Shown here piece after piece: positions 8,414 to 18,600 of a DNA stretch of 64,000 nucleotides (positions are counted from its first letter, which is position 1; each line of letters begins with the position of its first letter). The DNA is taken from positions 608,001 through 672,000 of the forward strand of contig CAWDEM010000008.1 in the NCBI GenBank assembly GCA_963801355.1, read 5' to 3'. The stretch comes from Ignavibacteriota bacterium. Its GTDB lineage: Bacteria; Bacteroidota; Ignavibacteria; UBA10030; UBA6906. Made by a program: the position numbers and the translations under genes. The notes below the pieces were generated by a model. That model did not search any database. It had not been told where the DNA came from and was given only the letters and a program-made list of their open reading frames with translations.

Positions 8414-8564
8414 ATGCACTCAAGAATCCCAAGGGTTTTCGGGGGTCTTTAGGAAGTGAGACCCTCGGAACTGCGTCAAGTCGGCTATCGGACAAAAGTA
8501 CCCCTCGGGACTGTGTTGCCCCTCACTCCCCGACCCCTTCCAGACATTGCCCCACTGATTCCAG

Positions 8565-9662
8565 TTGTGGCTCGACTGGATAGCCGATATGTTGTTCTCA
8601 GTGAATCGAGAACAATCAAGGGTACATCCGATGTTGAACCACACCAAACTGTCTCTCTTCAAGCGTTCGAATGGAATATACTACCTGGGGTATGTCGAGG
8701 GGAATCGCAGACGGTGGAAGACAACCTCTTGCACCACCAAGTCGGATGCACTGCAGTTCCTGCGAACCTTCGAAGGAACCAAGAGAGAGATGGAACGCAC
8801 TCCCCTGCTCTCCGAACTCTTCACGCGGTTCGAGTCTACACGCGGTAACTCCATCCGTCCGTCAACGATGGACAATTACCGTCTTGCGGTCAACCGATTC
8901 AAAGAGGTCTGCGGAGACAAAGTCATTGACCAATACACCGTTTCAGATATCGAGACATTCAAGAACGCTCAGATTAGCCAGAAGGTGTCGAAGATATCCG
9001 TGAACATCTGGTTGCGTGGTGTCAAATCAGTTCTCGGTTTCGCAGTCAAGCACGAGTGGTTGACCAAGAACCCCGTGCAACGGTCACTTGAGTTTCCGAT
9101 TCCTCAACAGTCCCCAACCTATGTCACCAAAGAGGATTTCCAGAAACTCCTCGGTAAGGTACACGAATCCGTCCTCCGCGACCTCTTCCTTTTCGCCGCA
9201 CTCAGTGGTCTGCGTCTCTCAGAGATACTACACCTCAAGTGGAGTGCGGTGGACTTCGAGAAGAGACAGTTCACAGTATCCAACAGTGAGACCTTCACTA
9301 CGAAAACGGGAAGAGAACGGACGGTACCGATGCACGAGGAGGTGTACAAGGTTCTGTCACTGCGAAGGGGTAACAGTACGGAAGACGGTCTGGTGTTCTG
9401 CAAGAAAGGTGGATACCGCCTCGAACGGAACTATGTCTCGAAGAAGTTCAAGGGGTATGTTCGTGACGCGGAACTATCGGAGAAACTGCACTTCCACAGT
9501 TTGCGTCACAGTTGTGCGAGCTGGCTTGTTGATGCGGGCGTATCTCTGTATGTGGTGCAGAACATCCTGGGACACTCCAATATCAGTACGACCCAAATCT
9601 ACTCACACCTCTCACAGAACACACTGCACGAGAGTGTGAATCGGGTTGCACTCTGCGTTTGA
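8565..9662 (+). CDS. Tyrosine recombinase/integrase (phage/island type with N-terminal arm-binding region)
   Basis: Catalytic R (SGLRLSE), K (TKTGR), HSLRH, LGH and Y (TQIYSH). Start may be the ATG at 8631. Confidence 0.95.
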   Translation: MWLDWIADMLFSVNREQSRVHPMLNHTKLSLFKRSNGIYYLGYVEGNRRRWKTTSCTTKSDALQFLRTFEGTKREMERTPLLSELFTRFESTRGNSIRPSTMDNYRLAVNRFKEVCGDKVIDQYTVSDIETFKNAQISQKVSKISVNIWLRGVKSVLGFAVKHEWLTKNPVQRSLEFPIPQQSPTYVTKEDFQKLLGKVHESVLRDLFLFAALSGLRLSEILHLKWSAVDFEKRQFTVSNSETFTTKTGRERTVPMHEEVYKVLSLRRGNSTEDGLVFCKKGGYRLERNYVSKKFKGYVRDAELSEKLHFHSLRHSCASWLVDAGVSLYVVQNILGHSNISTTQIYSHLSQNTLHESVNRVALCV

Positions 9663-11103
9663 GCCTATTAGGGTAGGATTGGGAGGTATCGTTGTTGTTG
9701 GTGGGATTGGTGGTAAGGTGCCTCGTTCTGTTCGCTCCGTGTCTTCGACACTTCGCTCACCCCGACTGAGAAGCGTCGGGAATCACTCTCCGCTATTCTG
9801 AAGGATGAGGAAGTAGATTCAGAACGCTCTTTGTTCTGAGTCCGAAGGACAAATGCCTCAAGGAAGTCTTACCTCGCAAACAACGCTCGGTTGACCTCAC
9901 GAAGAACGTTCGGTCAATCTCTCTTCTTCCTTCTGTATGGAAATCACACTAAGTGAGGTAGTGAATACCGCGCTTTGTGCGGTGTGCGAACGTCTTCTGT
10001 TCGCACGATGTGTTCCTTACAAGACATAGTACGACTTGATGTCGTTTAGAAATCTGCGGTTGGTATGGTTAGCACTTTCGTTCTTACTAATGGACGCCTC
10101 GGACTCTCGTACCGAGGAACGTGTGTCTCTTCAGATTTGCCACACTTTGGTTTAGGACTTTTTCAAGGTCAATAGTGTGCGGACACAAGGACAGACTCCA
10201 CCAAGCGAGTTGCGACAATGGAGTGGTCGGTTGCGACAACTGGTTCCGTTCAACTTGTGTTCATCTCTTCAGTTCCTTTCCAAAACAAATCCCTCACTAC
10301 GAGTGTGTCTTCGCGGGCACTCATAATGAGGGAGTCAAACAAACCCTTCAGAGGGTTGTGTCGTACATTCATCTGTGCGAAGACATCTTCTCGTCTCTAC
10401 CTATACATATCATCGAGAAATCCCAAACGCTCACTTTTTCTGCACGACCGAGATAATATCTTCAATACGCCTATTGTGACACGGTCACAATCTGACCGCC
10501 TTAGGGGTGTCAAGGGTCGGATAAGTGGTCGGCTATCCACTTCCAGCAGTAAGCCTTGTCAACAGTGTCCGCTCGCCACTCTTGCCTTGCATCGCCTTGT
10601 CCGCTTCACTGGTGACTGTGAATCACTGGACGATTGCCGAGTGCATCCAGACCCTCGCTTGTCCGTCCCACGGAATCGGAGATGGACTCACACTTCCGTC
10701 CACCGCCTCCGTTCGCCCCTTGACCGTGGAGAGGTGTGCCGCAATTCTGGGGTGTCCGAGGATGGTCTGAATACGAGAACCTCTCATATCGCAATCCCGT
10801 TCGATTGCGGAGATTGGTGTCAGAAATCCACGGACGCTTGAGGTTCCTACCGCATTTTGACAGACAAGCAGTGCATCGGGAACACCACCCCGCGTGTCAA
10901 GGTGCACTCCCGTGGTGTTCATAATGCACCCTCCTCAACGCTTCGCCGACTGCCCCCATCCAGTTTGTCGTGAATGAAAAAACTGAACCTTCGTGCGATT
11001 GCTGAGGGAAGGTCTCTCGTATCGAGGTCGCCAGAATTGCCGCTGACGCATCTCCTCGGTTGCGAGATACTTATGGGAAACACACTCACCGTGAGGAACT
11101 GAA

Positions 11104-11418
11104 ATGCCGCAAGGAACGCAAGCCACATATGAGGAAATGCCATACGACCGACTCACACTCGTGGGGAAGGAATTGGGGGACTACAACTCGAAGGAATATA
11201 TCTATCGCGGTCAGTTGGGTGTGTACCGTCTGCGAGTGGGAGAATCCGTCACGGACGAAGGGAAGGTGTTCTACATCTACCAGAACAACAAGTTCTGGCT
11301 GAATCTGTATCCGTCAAACACCAAGAAGGTCTTCGTAGGAAGGGACGATGACGACTACTACATCTTCCGATTCGAGGGGAAGTATGTCTCGGTGTTCAAG
11401 CGGAAGTACGATATTTGA
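11104..11418 (+). CDS. Hypothetical protein
   Basis: 104-aa ORF with a GAGGA RBS and protein-like composition. No motif recognised. Confidence 0.55.
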   Translation: MPQGTQATYEEMPYDRLTLVGKELGDYNSKEYIYRGQLGVYRLRVGESVTDEGKVFYIYQNNKFWLNLYPSNTKKVFVGRDDDDYYIFRFEGKYVSVFKRKYDI

Positions 11419-11542
11419 CCGCTGACGATGGGGTGTCGAACTCAAAACAGAGTCCCGAAATTGTAGACAAGGCTGTTGACAAACTGGACGCAAAAGTAGG
11501 TCGGGATGTGGGGTGTGCGAGGGATGATAGCGAAGGGTCAAA

Positions 11543-11573
11543 AACACCGAACCCCTTCACACGGAAGGGGTTC
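11543..11573 (-). terminator. Intrinsic terminator behind the tRNA fragment
   Basis: Hairpin gaaccccttc-acacg-gaaggggttc followed by a T-rich tail on the minus strand. Confidence 0.6.
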
Positions 11574-11578
11574 TGAGA

Positions 11579-11623
11579 GTGCACCCACCAGGACTCGAAC
11601 CTGGAACCCACTGATTAAGAGTC
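11579..11623 (-). mobile_element. Displaced tRNA-Lys 3' half (uninterrupted 45-bp att core)
   Basis: Identical to 28509-28553. Confidence 0.95.
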
Positions 11624-11947
11624 CGGCAATGATCAGCCAAAACGTGCAAAATAGGGCACTTCTCGGCAGTTGGGTTGTCATAACTTGTCATAAACTGCCA
11701 TCGATTAGCATAAAGTCACTACACTTTCACTACACTCGTTGGGGACGGGGGCCGCCTTCGTCCATGAATATCTCAAGCTGTATTTGACATTGTCAAAAGA
11801 GCATTGTCATTGACGCTCACCGCACTCATCTGGGGCAGGCTTTAACCATGGTGGGATCCAGAATCGACCGCTCGCGGGGGAACAACCTGCGCCCGTTTGA
11901 TTCTGAGACTGCCCTGCGCTATCTTGTTGCATCAGAGAGGTTCACAC

Positions 11948-12253
11948 GTGACGCCAGCAATTCAAGTCAGCCGCAAACAAGTAGCCGAATTCTGTGCACG
12001 GCACAGGATCCGCCGGCTTGCGCTCTTTGGCTCCGTTCTGCGCGCGGATTTCCGCCCCGAGAGCGACGTCGATGTGCTTGTTGAGTTCGAACAGGGAGCT
12101 GCTGTTGGTTTTTTCGGGCTTGCCCGGCTTGAGCGTGAGCTATCCTCTCTTCTCGGAGGCCGGAGGGTCGACCTTCGCACACCGCAGGACCTCAGCAGAT
12201 ACTTCAGAGACTCCGTTGTCGATCAGTCCTACGTGATTCATGGACCAAGCTGA
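11948..12253 (+). CDS. Minimal nucleotidyltransferase antitoxin (MntA-like)
   Basis: [19 protein letters not shown] (GSX10DXD). GTG start after AGAGG, promoter TTGATT-N17-TATCTT at 11897-11925. Confidence 0.9.
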   Translation: MTPAIQVSRKQVAEFCARHRIRRLALFGSVLRADFRPESDVDVLVEFEQGAAVGFFGLARLERELSSLLGGRRVDLRTPQDLSRYFRDSVVDQSYVIHGPS

Positions 12254-12593
12254 CCTGATCCGGCTCCGCCACATGCGAGACGCAGCGGCCGAGGCTCTCC
12301 AGTTTGCAGCGGGGAAGACGCGTGCCGATCTTGACCACGATCGCATGCTCATCCTGGCTATCCTGAAGGATCTCGAGATCATCGGAGAGGCGGCAGGCAG
12401 AGTAAGTCCCTCGGTCAAACAGGACAACCTGGCAGTTCCCTGGGAGGAGATCGTTGGGATGCGAAATCGACTCATCCACGGTTATTTCGATGTCAATCTG
12501 GACGTTGTGTGGGAAACAATCTCGCATGATCTTCCGCACCTCCTCATCGACATCGATACAATCCTGAGTCCACCGGAACAGTCTCAACAGTGA
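12240..12593 (+). CDS. HEPN ribonuclease toxin (HepT/DUF86-like)
   Basis: MRNRLIHGY (RX4HXY) and LEIIGEAA. Overlaps the antitoxin gene. Confidence 0.9.
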   Translation: MDQADLIRLRHMRDAAAEALQFAAGKTRADLDHDRMLILAILKDLEIIGEAAGRVSPSVKQDNLAVPWEEIVGMRNRLIHGYFDVNLDVVWETISHDLPHLLIDIDTILSPPEQSQQ

Positions 12594-12658
12594 AGCCAAT
12601 GAGGTCCGGGGCATAGTTCGAGTTCGGACTTGGACAGTTGGGGCATCCTCCAATTGCG

Positions 12659-15526
12659 CTATTTCAAAAGAAGAAGCCGCCGCGTCTGTACAAAGTCCCC
12701 TGCCTGCATCCGGTAGAAGTACACTCCGCTTGCAAGCCCTGAACCGTCGAATTTCACTTCATGGTTCCCCGGTGCCATCTTCTCGTTCACCAGCACCGCC
12801 ACCTCTCGGCCCAGCAGATCATACACAACGAGTTTCACATTGCCGGCAGCTGGCAACTGATATCTGACGACTGTCGAAGGATTGAACGGGTTCGGGAAAT
12901 TTTGGCTAAGCCCATATACTTTGGGCACATCAGGGTTTTCGGTGACGCTCCCTGTCAGAGGAACGGCCAGAGCATTCTCGCACGCGCCAATATCCGGGTT
13001 TGAGCCCGCAGGGTTCGGACGCGCTGAGCCGTAGAAGCACGTGTTGGACGTTCGGTGCCACACGCCGCCAATCTTCAGAGAATCTATTCCGGCGCCAATG
13101 CAGGGGCTCCGTACGGAAAGGCGATAGGTGCTGTCTACGAACAGTGGTTCCTGTACAATATTTCCGGTGCCTGCGTATCCCCCTGCAACATCGCAATATT
13201 GAATGACCGGCGCCGCCCCGGTTGCATTGATCTCGGGCCCGGTCGTAGCAGTATCTCCCCAGAGAATATTGTTGAACGCAACAACGTTTGCAGCGTTAAC
13301 GATATCCAGCCCACCGCCAGTTGTTGCCTTGTTCCCCACAAAAGTATTGTTCGCGATCATCTGCTCCGTTCCCACATCAGGAGCATTCTGAACCTGCAGC
13401 CCTCCGCCAGATGTAGTCGACTGGTTTTCCGTTATGATGTTGTTTTCGATCTGGAATGAAGATCTGATCGCTTGAATCCCCCCTCCTCTCGCATCGTTTG
13501 AGCCCGCCGCAGTGTTTGCAGATATCAGATTCCCTGTAACCGTCGCCACTGTGTGGAACAGATCGATGGCACCTCCCCAGTTCTCCACGTTCTGACCTTG
13601 AACGTGGTTCCCGACGAACTGATTATGTGTGAGCCACTTGCGCCCAGGTCCCACGGCCTCTCTGTCGTCAATGCATATGCCTCCCCCTATGGCCCAACCA
13701 TTGAGCACTGCGGTCGCAATGTTTCCTTCGAAGGTGTTCTCGGTGAACACGACGGGTCCCGTCGAGTAGCAGAAAACCCCTGCACCAGTTGCAGCACCAT
13801 CTCCTCCTGAAGGTATTCCGTTCGCAATGTTGTTCCGGAAGATGTTCCCCTGAACAAATCCTTCGGGGAACGGCGCAGAGGTAGTCAATCCATACAGATT
13901 CAACCCACCTCCAATCGCAATGGAGACTCCAATGGCAGTATCCCTTTCAATCACATTGCCAACAACCCGAAAGGACATGCCGTTGACATCAACTCCCCCA
14001 CCCGTTCCCCACGTATTGCCCGAAGTTCCCAGCACATAGTTGTCTGTGATTCGGTTATCTTCGAGCACGAGCCACAATGGCGTAGCGCCAAAGCTAACTG
14101 TTCCCACTCCTCCGCCGCCGGATGCCCCGCCAATTACTCTGTTGAGGACGATGTTGTTGCTTACGAGCTTGGCTCCCGCAGAATCGCAAAACACCCCTCC
14201 GCCCTCGCGCCACGTTGTACCATCCGGACCAAAATATGATGTTCCCGTTCCACCGGTAATTGTGAAACCGCACAGGACCGACGTTGTGTCTTCATTGTCG
14301 GCAAAGCAGACCACCGATCCCCCATTCGGATCTGTCGCGTGGCTCCCGTCGATAATTGTTTTCGCAATGTGCGATGTGTCGCCTGTTGTGAGATACGTGC
14401 TGGCGACAACGATGCTCTTCCCTTTGAATCGTATGTTCTCGTAGTAGGTGCCGTCAGAAACGAGCACAGTGTCGCCATTGTGGGCGGAGTCAATCGCGGC
14501 CTGGATTGTCGCATAGTTCTGTGGAACGAGACGACGGCTTCCGGCGACTGGCGACGTTGCATGGCCTATCCGGATGAGATATGTGCTTGCAGGTGACCTC
14601 CAACCATCGTACCAGAAATGGATCGCGTCTCCCCGCAAGAGTACGGCATCCACCATCGCAGCGGTGGCATCCCACCCTCCGGGGGTAGTGTTAAGTACAG
14701 GATTCGCAGGGTGTTTAACCCACGGGGAATTCCCGTCTAGGGAGGTGGCCAAACCAGACCTGGAGTTACCGCTCGAGTACCACATGTAGTACGAGTTTTT
14801 AATCAAGACGACTTTCGGGCCTGCAACTCCTCCTGCATCCCATTCCCCTGGTTTGCCAGCATCGAGCATCGGGTTGTTTGCTGCATCCCGCGTCCAGTGG
14901 ATTCCATCTGGAGATGTCGCAAGTCCGATCTTCGTAGCACTCAGGTCCGCATTGTAGCCATAGTACCACATCCTGTAGCCCGTCGGGCTGATCCGCATGA
15001 CGGTCCCAACGTCAGGGCCGCCAACTTCCCATGCCGCAGTTCCTTGTCCGAAGACGGGGTTGCCTGGATACTTTGTCCATTGAATGCCATCCGGTGAAGT
15101 AGCGTAGCCAAGATCTGCGGTATCTCCTTTCCATGAGCCATACCACATCTTGTAGGATCCATTCTCACGCAGGACTATGTGGGAAGAAATCGAGGCATCG
15201 TCCCAGCTGCCAGGGGTTCGTGACATGACCGGAGATGAATACGAGGTCCAATTCACTCCATCGGGTGATTTAGCGAACCCGACTTGCCAGGGGTGGCCGT
15301 AGTTTTCAAGGCTGGGCGTCGCCGCAAACCACATTTCATACCTCGAAGAGTCTTCATTGTAGATCACACATGCATTGAAAACATGTTTGTTCCACGTGCC
15401 CTCGCTTCCACCGGACAAGACCGGGTTTCGGGAATCCTTCGTTATCGTGAATTGCCCGAATGCGCTGCCATTTCCGAAGAACAGAATGGCCACAAGTGAA
15501 ATGCTGCAAACCATTGCGTTTCTCAT
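12659..15526 (-). CDS. T9SS-secreted protein: five-bladed beta-propeller glycosidase-like domain, parallel beta-helix domain, CTD
   Basis: Repeats of SPDG..W.K...NPV.....WD, then VPQNYATIQAAID and N/G-rich beta-helix repeats, then QNFPNPFNP CTD. ATG at 15526 follows GGAGG. Confidence 0.85.
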   Translation of the reverse strand: MRNAMVCSISLVAILFFGNGSAFGQFTITKDSRNPVLSGGSEGTWNKHVFNACVIYNEDSSRYEMWFAATPSLENYGHPWQVGFAKSPDGVNWTSYSSPVMSRTPGSWDDASISSHIVLRENGSYKMWYGSWKGDTADLGYATSPDGIQWTKYPGNPVFGQGTAAWEVGGPDVGTVMRISPTGYRMWYYGYNADLSATKIGLATSPDGIHWTRDAANNPMLDAGKPGEWDAGGVAGPKVVLIKNSYYMWYSSGNSRSGLATSLDGNSPWVKHPANPVLNTTPGGWDATAAMVDAVLLRGDAIHFWYDGWRSPASTYLIRIGHATSPVAGSRRLVPQNYATIQAAIDSAHNGDTVLVSDGTYYENIRFKGKSIVVASTYLTTGDTSHIAKTIIDGSHATDPNGGSVVCFADNEDTTSVLCGFTITGGTGTSYFGPDGTTWREGGGVFCDSAGAKLVSNNIVLNRVIGGASGGGGVGTVSFGATPLWLVLEDNRITDNYVLGTSGNTWGTGGGVDVNGMSFRVVGNVIERDTAIGVSIAIGGGLNLYGLTTSAPFPEGFVQGNIFRNNIANGIPSGGDGAATGAGVFCYSTGPVVFTENTFEGNIATAVLNGWAIGGGICIDDREAVGPGRKWLTHNQFVGNHVQGQNVENWGGAIDLFHTVATVTGNLISANTAAGSNDARGGGIQAIRSSFQIENNIITENQSTTSGGGLQVQNAPDVGTEQMIANNTFVGNKATTGGGLDIVNAANVVAFNNILWGDTATTGPEINATGAAPVIQYCDVAGGYAGTGNIVQEPLFVDSTYRLSVRSPCIGAGIDSLKIGGVWHRTSNTCFYGSARPNPAGSNPDIGACENALAVPLTGSVTENPDVPKVYGLSQNFPNPFNPSTVVRYQLPAAGNVKLVVYDLLGREVAVLVNEKMAPGNHEVKFDGSGLASGVYFYRMQAGDFVQTRRLLLLK

Positions 15527-15669
15527 GGGTCCCTCCATTGTTGGTTGTTCGCCGGAATATAGAAAGGCTGGAGGGGGATGTGGTAGGAATGCTTAGACAA
15601 AGAATGCGAGAATCTGGACATCAGACAGGAATACGCTCGTTCGTCCCGAGAGAGGCCATAGTAGGCTCT

Positions 15670-18600
15670 TCAGAGGGCGATCTGGTGGACCTCGGAGGGC
15701 AAAATCCCGAACCGTTCGTGGAAACAAGAACTGAAGTACGAGGGATCGCCAAAGCCGACCTGAAAAGCGATCTCAGCCACAGTCGCGGCATTCTTCTCAA
15801 GAAGCTCGCGCGCACGCTGGAGACGTAAGTACTTGATCAGTTCGGCAGTCGAGAGATTGGTCAGCCCCATCAGCTTGCGGTCGAGATGTCTGCGGCTGAG
15901 GGCAACCTCGCGGGCGATCTCTGCGGCACCGAGGGTTTCGTCACTCATCCGTTCCTCTATCGCAGTCATGACTCGCTTCAGCAACGCGTCATCGAGAGAG
16001 GAGACCACCACTTCTCCAGGCTTCAGGACAACACCCGCCGAGAATTTCGCCCGAAGCTGCCGCCGTTGCTCGATCAGGTTCCGCACACGAGCCAGCAATT
16101 CCTTTGAGTCAAACGGCTTTGTCACATAGTCATCGGCGCCAATATCCAGCCCTTCTATCTTGCTGTCGGTGCCCGCCCGCGCGGTGAGTAGGATCACCGG
16201 GACGTGGCTGGTGCGCACATCCTTCTTCAAGGCACGGCAGAGTTCCATACCATCCATTTCGGGCATCATCACGTCGCTGATCACAATGTCCGGCACGATC
16301 TCCAATGCCCGATCATATCCTTCCTTGCCGTTTCCTCCTTCCTGCACTTCATAGTCGGATTGCAGAAATTCGCGAATATATGTCCTGAGGTCGGCATTGT
16401 CCTCCACAACGAGCACGATCGGTTTCCCATCGGTTGGTGGTATGGGTGGAACAGGACTGGACGCAACCGCAGAGACTCCAAATCCTACGCGTTCTCTTAT
16501 CTCGACTTCAGGCGGAGACGCGGCAGTCTCCTCAGGCTTGTATGCTGACCTGTCAGTGGAAAGGGTCACCGTGAATACCGATCCCTTCCCGGGTGTACTC
16601 TCGACTGCGATCGTCCCGTGGTGAAGGTCGACAAGCTCCTTTGTCAGCGCCAAGCCGATCCCCGTGCCTTCGGTTGTGTGTGTCTCGTCGGCACGGTAGA
16701 AGCGTTCGAAGATGTGGGGAAGATGCTTTGGCGAAATGCCGGGACCGGTGTCGGAAACCCTCAACCCCCATGCCCCTCTCCCATTTGGGGAGAGGGGGAG
16801 CGAGGGGGTGAGGGTAACCGTCACGCTTCCTCCTTCCCCCGTAAACTTCACCGCATTCGACATCAGGTTGTTCAGAATCTTCTCCAGTTTGTCCCCGTCG
16901 AAGAAGCCAACGGCAGTGTTGGCACCAGGGTGGAACTCCAGCGAGATCTTCTTCCTCTCCGCCCACGACTCAAATGACATCACCGTACGGCGGACGAACT
17001 GCACAATATCGGACTTCGACACCTGCAGCTTCATCATCCCGGATTCAATACGAGAGAAGTCCAGCAACTGACCGACCAACGTAAGGAGCTTCTTGGCGTT
17101 GTCCCGTATGAGTTTGAACTTCTCTGGTGTGGACGGATCTCCGTTCGCCTCAATACCCTGTTCTGCCGGTCCCAGAATGAGCGTCAGTGGCGTTCGAAAC
17201 TCGTGTGAGATATTGGCAAAAAAACGAGACTTGAGGCGATCCACTTCTGCGAGGCGTTCTCTCTGGAAGTGCTCCATCTTCGCCGTCTGCTGCAAGCGTA
17301 TCTGGCGAATCCGGAGCCGATATGCTCCAAGGAGTGCTCCAACAAAGAGTGATGCATACATGGCATATGCCCACATCGTCTGCCACCACGGGGGTGAAAT
17401 GACTATAGCGACTGACGTGCCGGTTTCATTCCATAGCCCTTCGTTGTTCGATCCCTTCACCTTAAAGACATAGTCACCCGGGTTCAGATTGGGATACGAA
17501 GCATAACGCCGTGTCCCGGAATAGACCCAATCTTCATCCACTCCCTCCATCTTGTAGGCATACTGGTTCCTTTCCCCGTTCAGGTAGCTCAACGCGGCAA
17601 ACTCGAAGGATATGAAGTTGTCATCATGAGCCAGACGAACCTCATTGGACAACGGACAAGGTTTGTCGAACTTCCTAAAGGAGGTTACTACGACAGGAGG
17701 GACGTACAGATTGTCTTCTATGCTGTCGGGATGAAAACGCGTCAGGCCGTTTGCACCCGCGAAAAATATCTCGCCGTCTCCGGTTTTGCACCCCGAACTG
17801 TTTACTTTGTCTGACGGCAAGTCCAAACCATACGAGACATCATAAAACCTGAAGCGACCTGTTTCGGGATCGTATTTTGCCATCCCCTTACTCGTGTTGA
17901 GCCACAGAGAGCCGTGATTATCCTCCTGTATGCCGCGCATGCTGCTACTCGGCAGGCCACACCTTTCGGTGATGTCACTGAAATCTTCTGTCGATCGCTC
18001 ATATCTGAAGAGACCGGCCCAGGATGCAAACCACAATCTGCCCTTGTTGTCCTCACGCATCTGATAGACCGTATTCGAATTATTGCGTCCTGGGCTTTGG
18101 TGTTTCTTGTCGGTAACATGTTCGGAAAGAGTACCTTTTGCATGATCATAGCAGAACAGTCCACCCCAGCCAGGGGCAACCCAGAGGAGGCCGAAGCTAT
18201 CTTCGAACATATACATAATTTCTTTTCTCAGGTTCGCAACTTCCGTAACCCGTTGTGTCGTTGGGTCAAGCAGATAGAGACCGCCTGTGGCGGTTCCGGC
18301 GTAGTAACCTCTGTCGGTCTTCTGGACACAGGAGAGAGAGTGATTGAAGGCCTTCCAGGAGGGACCGAGGGAAAACGTTCTGTTGCCAAGTGTATCTCGG
18401 ATGTAAAAGCTCCCATCTATTGTTCGAAATGCCAAATCGCCTTCCGGGCAAACGAAGCACAGGAGGTCGGTTCCAGAGGAGTATGGAACAAACTGCCCTA
18501 TCCGCGGGTCAAATTGAAGCCATCCTCGTTCGTTGAAGGCATACACCCATATCTTCCCCTCGTTCCCTTTCACAAGGTTAAGGGCGACTCCCCCCATGGG

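Larger units (their letters stand above)
6204..11578. mobile_element. Island I (~5.4 kb), integrase-encoding element at tRNA-Lys
   Basis: Bounded by direct repeats of the tRNA-Lys 3' end and contains a tyrosine integrase. Confidence 0.85.

Noticed and set aside
8565-9662. Classical integron integrase (IntI)
   Set aside because: No IntI-specific insertion between the catalytic Lys region and patch III. It has an arm-binding-type N-terminus and tRNA-derived att sites.
10121-10922. Replication or excisionase genes among the short ORFs of island I
   Set aside because: No HTH, Rep or relaxase motif recognised, so left uncalled.
11948-12593. HEPN genes as a novel defence system or CRISPR effector
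   Set aside because: Size, motifs and pairing match the well-described MntA-HepT toxin-antitoxin family.
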